From the NCBI GenBank assembly GCA_021604765.1, contig BQJP01000001.1, forward strand, positions 262,226-326,225: DNA of 64,000 bases, in the 5' to 3' direction. Made by a program: the position numbers and the translations under genes. Shown here piece after piece: positions 57,319 to 64,000 of the stretch. The notes beneath the pieces were generated by a model. The model ran no database searches. It was not told the origin of the DNA and saw nothing but the letters and a program-made list of their open reading frames with translations. Position 1 is the first letter of the stretch; each line of letters opens with the position of its first letter. This DNA is from Thermodesulfobacteriota bacterium (GTDB lineage Bacteria > Desulfobacterota_D > UBA1144 > Nemesobacterales > UBA2774).

Positions 57319-58212
57319 TTAAGCTTCGAGCTTTAACCTTTTTTGCTTTTCGTAAAGCACATGAATTATGCCGTCTGAAAGCCCGATGCTGGGTACATAA
57401 AGCTGTTTAATGTCTGCCCACTTGAGCGCTTTTAGAAAAATCTTGGTCGCAGGCACAATCACATCCGCACGGTCGGGGCGAAGGTTGAGTTTTGATATCC
57501 TGTCCTCATAGCTGTATGAATTCACAAGGTCAGATACTTGCTTGATGCCTTTATATGATAAAAATTCTCCATCATCTTTGTGTGACATTTTTAATACCTT
57601 ATTGATATTTCCTCCAGTTCCAATGCCTTTGATGGAAGGATAATCAGAAGTGCTATTCTTAATCCAGGTTCTCATTTCCTGCCATTCCGACTTGGGAACC
57701 TGCTCTGTGAGCAGACGCACCGTGCCTAGTTTGAAAGAGTGAGAGTCTACAATGACGGAGTCTGAAATGAGCGTAAGCTCTGTACTTCCTCCTCCGACAT
57801 CTATATACAGATAGTTCCCTTTATCATCGAGAGCTTCGGCAACGTGGGTTGAGTATATAATCTCTGCCTCTCTGTGGCCGTCTATAACTTCAAGTTCAAT
57901 TCCAGATTCCTTCTCTATTGCGTTGACAATTTCATGTGCATTATCAGCCTCTCTCATGGCGGCTGTGGCTATAGCCATATAATCAAGGGGTGAATAAGAT
58001 TCTATGAGATATTTGAAAGCCATCATTGCTTTTATAAGGCTATCGGCTTTTTCATCTGAAATTCTTCTCTTCACAAACGCGTCGTCCCCAAGCCTGATGG
58101 GGACTCTAAAGAGCGAGTCTTTTTTGAAGAAAATTTCCCCTTTGTTTTCGAAGACCTGTGTGAAGAGGAGCCTTATGGCATTTGATCCGACATCTATGGC
58201 AGCGAATTTCAC
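57319..58212 (-). CDS. Ppx/GppA family phosphatase (exopolyphosphatase / guanosine pentaphosphatase).
   Basis: N-terminal AAIDVGSNAIRLL motif. Confidence 0.7.
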   Translation of the reverse strand: MKFAAIDVGSNAIRLLFTQVFENKGEIFFKKDSLFRVPIRLGDDAFVKRRISDEKADSLIKAMMAFKYLIESYSPLDYMAIATAAMREADNAHEIVNAIEKESGIELEVIDGHREAEIIYSTHVAEALDDKGNYLYIDVGGGSTELTLISDSVIVDSHSFKLGTVRLLTEQVPKSEWQEMRTWIKNSTSDYPSIKGIGTGGNINKVLKMSHKDDGEFLSYKGIKQVSDLVNSYSYEDRISKLNLRPDRADVIVPATKIFLKALKWADIKQLYVPSIGLSDGIIHVLYEKQKRLKLEA

Positions 58213-58262
58213 TTATTTGTCCAGTTTTTTAAAGCAGTAGTATAGAAAATTTAAAACGTTTT

Positions 58263-58571
58263 TTATTCTACCTTACTCAAGTAAAAAAACACCATCATAC
58301 GGGTGAATTTCTCATCGCAGAGCATAAGGTTTTCATTTAAAAGGCTGTTTTTTATCACACTAAGCGCTTCGTCTTTACTTACGGCGCTAACTTCGTCTTT
58401 ATTCTTAACCAGCTGAAGTTCATCCTCTGTGGAAAATAGCGAACGGATTTTCATTCCCGCAAGCTGAAACTGTTCATCTGAACCATCTCCCTCAAGAGAC
58501 CATTCCATATTTTCTTTCATCCAAATCTCAATCCTTAGGGTTTGTAGCGGTTCAGTGTGTTTAAGATTCAT
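58263..58571 (-). CDS. Hypothetical protein.
   Basis: ORF only. Confidence 0.3.
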   Translation of the reverse strand: MNLKHTEPLQTLRIEIWMKENMEWSLEGDGSDEQFQLAGMKIRSLFSTEDELQLVKNKDEVSAVSKDEALSVIKNSLLNENLMLCDEKFTRMMVFFYLSKVE

Positions 58572-58573
58572 AA

Positions 58574-59896
58574 CTATTTATTATACTCGCTACTATTAAT
58601 ATAATTGTCTAAAAAATTGTTTATTGAAAGCGCCATTACCTCATGTCCCGCTTCAGTCCAGTGCATATCGTATTTGTAATAGAGGGGATCTTTGCCTTGA
58701 TAAGACCTGAAATCAGGAAAAGTGTTTAAAAAAGGAAGATCGTTTTGCTGTGTAAATTTTTCAAGTTCAATAACCGTTCTATCGGAGATTTCATGGGATT
58801 TCGGAACAAACTCATATCGCCCTGGCACCCACTCCCAATTATTCACCTGATGTCCCCAAGGGTAGGTGGTAATAATATACTCGCACCCCTTGGTTTCGCA
58901 GAGCTTTTTTATTTCCATCATACTTTGCTTGACCAAACCAAATAATTCGTTGAATTCCTGATCATCATATATTTTAAGTGTGTGCTCTAGGAGCTTTGTT
59001 GATGGACGAGCAACTAGGTTTTCAAGATTCATCAACTCGCTCGCGTATGATTCGTAGTAAATATACTGGTGAATTATTGAAACCGTTAGCATGTTCGAGT
59101 ATATCCAGCCCCTTAATCTCTTGAAGACAGGATCCTTTGTTTCTTTCTCAATGCCGTTCACAGCAATTATGTTTCCATCTTCATCAAACGATCCAGATTT
59201 TCTGTATACGTATTCCTGAACTAGATCTGACATATCAAAATTAAGTATTACGAGGTCGGGGTTGATCAAATCTATTTTTTCTTTTAGCTGCAGGTATTGA
59301 AGTACGGGTGAGTAGCTATCTATACCGCAGTTGATAACTTCGTATCTGCCGCCATTTTTGTTAAGCATGTTTTCAAGCAATGCTGAGAAGGTTTCGTTAT
59401 CATTGACACCTTTTCCCATGGTAAATGAATCTCCTAACATTAATATCCTCTCTGTCGAATCTGCCTTCGCCTCAGATATCTGCTCGCCCCTACACCCAAT
59501 GTTATTAGCCATAATATTGGTATCGTAAGCGAGCATATGTGTTACTTGTGAAGTCGTATTTGGAATTAATTCGTGATGAACTCTTGCGTCTCTTCTGATG
59601 CTGGGAGATATTTTTTTGAGTACTGTTTGTCCTGCAATATAGTCTGTAATTACAAATCCCGCTATAAATATAAAATAAGATACCCAGAGTTTTTGAATTA
59701 ATTTTTTCTTTCCACTATACAAGCCGGTTAGAGAGTAGATGCAAAATCCCAGGTTCAAAACTAAGAATGATATAGCAGCGATACTCGCAATGGTCGGAAT
59801 GTTTGTTCTCTTAGTAGTGAATAAGAATATAAATGCAATTAGGAGAAAAAATGAGATAACCAGGTCTAACGATATTACTGCTCTTAATATTCTCAT
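58574..59896 (-). CDS. Membrane-anchored SGNH/GDSL hydrolase.
   Basis: N-terminal TM helices. LMLGDSFTMG (the GDS block) and a DMHW region. Confidence 0.5.
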   Translation of the reverse strand: MRILRAVISLDLVISFFLLIAFIFLFTTKRTNIPTIASIAAISFLVLNLGFCIYSLTGLYSGKKKLIQKLWVSYFIFIAGFVITDYIAGQTVLKKISPSIRRDARVHHELIPNTTSQVTHMLAYDTNIMANNIGCRGEQISEAKADSTERILMLGDSFTMGKGVNDNETFSALLENMLNKNGGRYEVINCGIDSYSPVLQYLQLKEKIDLINPDLVILNFDMSDLVQEYVYRKSGSFDEDGNIIAVNGIEKETKDPVFKRLRGWIYSNMLTVSIIHQYIYYESYASELMNLENLVARPSTKLLEHTLKIYDDQEFNELFGLVKQSMMEIKKLCETKGCEYIITTYPWGHQVNNWEWVPGRYEFVPKSHEISDRTVIELEKFTQQNDLPFLNTFPDFRSYQGKDPLYYKYDMHWTEAGHEVMALSINNFLDNYINSSEYNK

Positions 59897-59903
59897 AGTT
59901 TTT

Positions 59904-61103
59904 TTATTTAGGGTTTTCTTCTATTAGTCTTTCTGTAATTATTTTGTCAGCTACTGTTTGAGCTAAGAGCGCAGCGCCTTCTTTAGTATAGTGCACATCA
60001 TCTCTGAAATATTCCATGTTTCTGGGGAGTGCCTTCTCAGAATCAACTATCACTACATTTTTACTCTGGGCTATTTGAACAGCACTGATATTAAATGCCT
60101 CCATTGCAGTTCTTAAGGAAGTGGCTGAAGGGTATGTATACTTTAAGAATCCAATGTTTTCTTTACAGTATGAGTTTCCAAATGTGAGCGCCATCCTTTC
60201 TTCTTTGTTCATAGTGCCTTTATATAGAAAAGGTTGAGTCATAACTACCGGCAATACACCATCAGCTTTTAGATACTGTATTAGTGTTCCCAGGTTGCGC
60301 TCATATTCCGCTCTAGATTTAAATTTTTCTACCGGAAGCTCAACTTCATTCTTTTTAACTGCTGAGAGCCAAATGTTGGTAAAAGGTGAGAGTATCCATT
60401 TTTCAAATGTGATGGGTTTTGCACCGTTGATTGATGGTCCGTAAAAATGAGACCAATGTCTATTATATTTGCCAACTGTAAAATTCTCATCTTCACAAGA
60501 GCGCATAATATCATTTACACCATGCATGATGATTGCTATGTCTGGTTTCCATTCTCTCATATTAGTGGTGTAATTAATGAGTGAATGTTTGGTTGTGTAC
60601 CACATCATGCCGGCATTAAATAGTTCGATGTTTTTATCTGGGTATTCCTCTCTAAGAATCTTCAAAAGCACTGTTGGATATTTTTGCTTATATGGTAGTC
60701 CACCGTTCTGTGTAGTTGATCCACCGAGTGTGAGAATACGAATAGTGTTTTCGGATTTCTCAAACTTAGCCGAATTTACTTTTGGCGGGGGCATTTGAAG
60801 AAATGGGTCAAAAGGATGAAGTCTAGTGTTGTAATAAATCATGGAGCAGATTGCATAAATAATTATCAGCATTCCAAGGGCAGGTATGACTGACAGCATC
60901 ACATTCTTTGATCCGAATCTGCTAGATAAATATCTAAGTCCTTGCGGGATCAAAAACCCAAGGGCTAAGATAATTAATAGAGCGATATGTTCAATAGAGT
61001 AGGGACCTAAGGTGGGATTAGAAGATCTATGAAATAAAAATCCTGCGAATACAAAAAAGTATGCGAGGTAGAAAATTGTTTTGATTACAACCGTGATTTT
61101 CAT
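59904..61103 (-). CDS. Membrane-anchored SGNH-like hydrolase; second, tandem copy.
   Basis: N-terminal TM helices. LTLGGSTT and DDVHYT motifs. Confidence 0.45.
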   Translation of the reverse strand: MKITVVIKTIFYLAYFFVFAGFLFHRSSNPTLGPYSIEHIALLIILALGFLIPQGLRYLSSRFGSKNVMLSVIPALGMLIIIYAICSMIYYNTRLHPFDPFLQMPPPKVNSAKFEKSENTIRILTLGGSTTQNGGLPYKQKYPTVLLKILREEYPDKNIELFNAGMMWYTTKHSLINYTTNMREWKPDIAIIMHGVNDIMRSCEDENFTVGKYNRHWSHFYGPSINGAKPITFEKWILSPFTNIWLSAVKKNEVELPVEKFKSRAEYERNLGTLIQYLKADGVLPVVMTQPFLYKGTMNKEERMALTFGNSYCKENIGFLKYTYPSATSLRTAMEAFNISAVQIAQSKNVVIVDSEKALPRNMEYFRDDVHYTKEGAALLAQTVADKIITERLIEENPK

Positions 61104-61121
61104 TCAAGCCCTAATTAATTG

Positions 61122-61469
61122 TTATTCTTTTTCCTGAAGGACAAATGCTATCGTCTGAACTTGTATTTTGTCATCTTCGTCAAACACGAATGTGTCAGAT
61201 GCAAAAGGCACTACATAACCATCTGAATCCGCATGCCATACCAGATAGGCGATATTCTCCTCAATCACTTTGTCATGTAGATGAAAATTGCATCCCGGCG
61301 GCAGCACTTCAGTAACCAAATTAGTAAAAAAGTCTTTAATTTGATCAAGTCCTCTGATTACAGTGTTAGGGATTATTATTACAGATTCCTCAGTATAATC
61401 CTCAAGTATTGCTTCGACATCTCCTTCCCCAAATGAATATAAATGGTGATCGAGAGTAATTTCAGACAT
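61122..61469 (-). CDS. NTF2-like hypothetical protein. Start revised to 61469.
   Basis: GGAGGA lies 8 nt upstream of the MSEITLDHH ATG. Confidence 0.35.
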   Translation of the reverse strand: MSEITLDHHLYSFGEGDVEAILEDYTEESVIIIPNTVIRGLDQIKDFFTNLVTEVLPPGCNFHLHDKVIEENIAYLVWHADSDGYVVPFASDTFVFDEDDKIQVQTIAFVLQEKE

Positions 61470-61556
61470 AATAATATCCTCCAATAATTTTATATCTACA
61501 ATATAACTTAGTAACAAAATATAGGGAATAACGATTGGTTAAAACTTAAGAAAAAA

Positions 61557-61898
61557 TTAGTCTTGTGGTTGCTCATTGGTTTCATTCGGAAGAGAGACGT
61601 TGTTTCCCTTTATGAACTTCTGGCCTTCTTTGCTTTCAATAACTACCATTAGAGATTTGTTGCACCTGGGGCATATGCGCCCTGGCTTTCTTGAATCCAA
61701 GAAATTTAAAAAACCAACAATAATACTAGCAATAGCTAAAATGTGAATGATGATTCCAGTTCCGCTAAGGTGGTCTATGTTTATGGCAATAAGCGCTATG
61801 CCCAAAGATATCTGAGCTATGGCAACGTATAAATTCCCTGAGAATAACCCATGCCTGCCATTACCAATAAGAAGGCATCCTCTACATATTTGTTTCAT
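61557..61898 (-). CDS. Membrane protein with a C-terminal zinc-ribbon (CPRCNKSL), hypothetical.
   Basis: TM helices plus a CxxC pair. Confidence 0.3.
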   Translation of the reverse strand: MKQICRGCLLIGNGRHGLFSGNLYVAIAQISLGIALIAINIDHLSGTGIIIHILAIASIIVGFLNFLDSRKPGRICPRCNKSLMVVIESKEGQKFIKGNNVSLPNETNEQPQD

Positions 61899-61961
61899 GA
61901 GGCGTTATTATAAAGTACTCAGAAAATAAATCGAGTTAGAGAATTAAATAAGTTTATGCAG

Positions 61962-62669
61962 TTAAATAGGCAGCATTCTGTTTTTTGAGGTGTTAAATAT
62001 CCACATCATCTCATTGCCGCCCCGCTGAATCTCATAGGGTACTTTTTTGATTTTCACCGTATAACCATCTCTTTCGAGTTCTTTTATAAGAGGTTCTATA
62101 TAAGGAGAGCGTCTCAGCATCAGATCGAGAAGTGGAAAAATTCGGACTCCTTCTGCAATACGCAGCATTTCATATACAGCGGCTTTATGGAAGTTGTAGT
62201 CATAGTGATCAGAGTATAGAAATAGCAAATGAGAACACAAAGCGATATCAAATGTCTTGTCTTGAAATTGTAGAGCTGGTAGTTCTCCTGTCAGATAACG
62301 CCCCTCTTTTTTCCCTAGCTCAAAGTCTGAGGTGAAACGGTTAAGCGCCTCTATTCGATGGTTCCTTAAATCATCAGGGGACATATGATATGTCCACGTC
62401 CAGTCACCGGGAGTGTTCCTAACCTGCTCAATGATATTGTCGAAAACCTTGTCGAACTTGCGGGATATGTCTTTTGCAGTGAAAAAGTAAATAGGGTCTA
62501 CAGAAACAACTGTTTTACCCATCTCCTTCATCTCGGCATTAAAACTGGCGGGGCCGTCACCCACGCCAATTATTCTTTTGTCTAAGTCGCTTTTTGAGAG
62601 GTTAAACATGAGTCTGTACTCATCAAAAGACCTTCCAAGAGGGACAACGTTCTTTAACTTCAGTGCCAT
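61962..62669 (-). CDS. Class I SAM-dependent methyltransferase-like protein.
   Basis: Glycine-rich motif IIGVGDGPASF followed by an acidic-loop pattern. Confidence 0.45.
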   Translation of the reverse strand: MALKLKNVVPLGRSFDEYRLMFNLSKSDLDKRIIGVGDGPASFNAEMKEMGKTVVSVDPIYFFTAKDISRKFDKVFDNIIEQVRNTPGDWTWTYHMSPDDLRNHRIEALNRFTSDFELGKKEGRYLTGELPALQFQDKTFDIALCSHLLFLYSDHYDYNFHKAAVYEMLRIAEGVRIFPLLDLMLRRSPYIEPLIKELERDGYTVKIKKVPYEIQRGGNEMMWIFNTSKNRMLPI

Positions 62670-62752
62670 GGGGTAATAATTAAACCCCGAGGTGGAAAAA
62701 AATCAATATTTGCGCAATAGGGAAGGGGTCTTTCATTAAAACTGTAACTTCA

Positions 62753-63964
62753 TTATCTGCCAAAAATCTCACGCGCTATGACCATCTTATGAATCTCGTT
62801 TGAGCCCTCATATATCTCGCCCACTTTTGAGTCGCGGTAAATCTCCTCCACTTTATAGGTGGATTTGTCGTGCCCAAGCTCTACCATAAGCCCGTAGCCC
62901 CCGAATATTTGCACAGCGTCTCTTGCCATATCAACGGAGATTTTAGAGCCGTAAAATTTTGCCCCGGATGATTCCAGGATTGGAAACTGGTTGCCTGAGT
63001 CTATTTGAAGGCCACTCTTTATATATAAGTTTCTTGCATTCTCAATCTCAATTGCGCGCTCTGCCATTAAAAACTGCCAATGCTGGAACTGGCTTATCGT
63101 TTTGCCAAACGCCTTTCTCTCATTCATGAAAGATACGCTTTCATCAAATGCCGACTGAGCCATTCCGACTCCTCCTGCACCTATCCCAGTTCGTCCATAC
63201 ATAAGCGCTCTTAGGCATACCTTAAGCCCGTCACCTACTTCGCCTATAAGGTTTTCTTTGGGTACGCGCACCTTATCAAAATAGATGTCGTATGTAAGCT
63301 CACCTCTATTGCCGAGCTTCTTGTCTGGTTCGCTTGTTCTGACTCCTTTTGATTTCATGTCAATCACGAACATGCAGGACTTGCCGTTTAAATCTACAAG
63401 AGTTGTTGTGTAGTCTGCTATGCCCGCGTTTGTGATATAGCGTTTTTGTCCCGAGACAATATATCCGCCTCTGGCTTTGGTTGCCTTGGTTATGAGAGAC
63501 GATGACCTTACGTCTGAGCCCGACTGAGGCTCCGTCATTGCGAACGCGCCTATAGCCTCACACTCTATAAGCGGTTTTAGGTAATTTCGTTTTATATAGT
63601 TGGACCCTTGAGCAAGGCTCATACCCGCGAGTAGAAAGTGGGCGTTTACAGAGCCTGAAAAACTTGCGCTTATATAAGCCATCTCTTCTGCAAGAGTGGC
63701 CGCTGCGCATGCTGGATATTTAAGTCCCATGCCCCCGTCTTTCTTCTTGTGTGGAACTTTGAAGAATCCTTTTTTAGCCATGGATTTGAAAAGCTCCATC
63801 GGGAAGTTTTCGTTACTTTCCCTTCGCTGTCCAAGCTCATAAGCTATTGGGAACAGCTCTTTCTCTGCAAACGATCTAAATTTCTTTCTTAGTTTTAGAG
63901 TTTCCTCGGGTACATAATCATTCTTATATAGCTTCTCGCTCATTCTCTGTGGCAGTTGTCTCAT
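62753..63964 (-). CDS. Acyl-CoA dehydrogenase.
   Basis: C-terminal signature IYEGSNEIHKMVIAREIFG; length 403 aa. Confidence 0.85.
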   Translation of the reverse strand: MRQLPQRMSEKLYKNDYVPEETLKLRKKFRSFAEKELFPIAYELGQRRESNENFPMELFKSMAKKGFFKVPHKKKDGGMGLKYPACAAATLAEEMAYISASFSGSVNAHFLLAGMSLAQGSNYIKRNYLKPLIECEAIGAFAMTEPQSGSDVRSSSLITKATKARGGYIVSGQKRYITNAGIADYTTTLVDLNGKSCMFVIDMKSKGVRTSEPDKKLGNRGELTYDIYFDKVRVPKENLIGEVGDGLKVCLRALMYGRTGIGAGGVGMAQSAFDESVSFMNERKAFGKTISQFQHWQFLMAERAIEIENARNLYIKSGLQIDSGNQFPILESSGAKFYGSKISVDMARDAVQIFGGYGLMVELGHDKSTYKVEEIYRDSKVGEIYEGSNEIHKMVIAREIFGR

Positions 63965-64000
63965 CTGTTTCTCCCAAAATCAGCTTAGAATTCTAATATA

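Overview
This 64 kb window (roughly 42-45% GC) looks like an accessory genome region of a Gram-negative bacterium, possibly marine or sediment-dwelling. It is dominated by secreted and cell-surface proteins.

**1..10190: late region of a prophage or F-type tailocin, all on the + strand.**
- The window opens inside a coiled-coil tail tape-measure gene.
- Two small tail genes follow.
- A 1233-aa tail fiber / host-specificity protein carries FN3 domains and 3 tandem 23-aa repeats.
- Next is an AT-rich moron gene with its own terminator.
- The lysis cassette holds a GH19-type endolysin, a holin-like small TM protein, a lipoprotein with an HExxH motif, and an overlapped Rz/Rz1-type spanin pair.
- One ~120-bp intergenic element with nested dyad symmetry occurs twice, each time directly upstream of the first gene of a module (1778 and 8525).
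- The element abuts a C-terminally truncated AMP-dependent ligase gene on the - strand, a probable insertional disruption.

**10.2-64 kb: accessory region.**
- A sigma-54 enhancer-binding protein (GAF-PAS-AAA-HTH) and an OsmC-like gene form an operon. It is preceded by a well-spaced -24/-12 promoter and tandem TCACG-type upstream repeats.
- Eight secreted proteins end in near-identical IPTL-CTERM sorting tails (VPTLSEWGLIAMAGVLG..RRR). The tail module is conserved even at nucleotide level, and no sortase is visible in the window.
- There is an orphan contractile-tail tube gene of the T4 gp19 / eCIS type.
- Two paralogous prokaryotic pentameric ligand-gated ion channel genes are present. One sits in a 1.2 kb insertion flanked by 54-bp direct repeats that duplicate the 3' end of the neighbouring PaaK-like ligase gene.
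- An unannotated 34-aa, 9-Cys metallothionein-like ORF lies beside a CorE-like ECF sigma factor with a Cys-rich C-terminus, and an AhpD-like gene.
- A GST-like gene appears to start at AUU behind a perfect Shine-Dalgarno sequence.
- An orphan ABC-type solute-binding protein is fused to a cupin domain.
- Several internally repetitive secreted proteins occur, including seven tandem 51-bp repeats that encode a 17-aa Cys motif.
- A polyphosphate-associated operon reads Ppx/GppA - CHAD - ParA-like - CYTH.

Housekeeping-type enzymes are also present: SDR, acyl-CoA dehydrogenase, ketopantoate reductase, chorismate mutase, PPOX-like and a kynurenine-formamidase-type cyclase. A family of GGGAGC-stem hairpin terminators recurs through the region. 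No rRNA, tRNA or CRISPR was recognised by eye.
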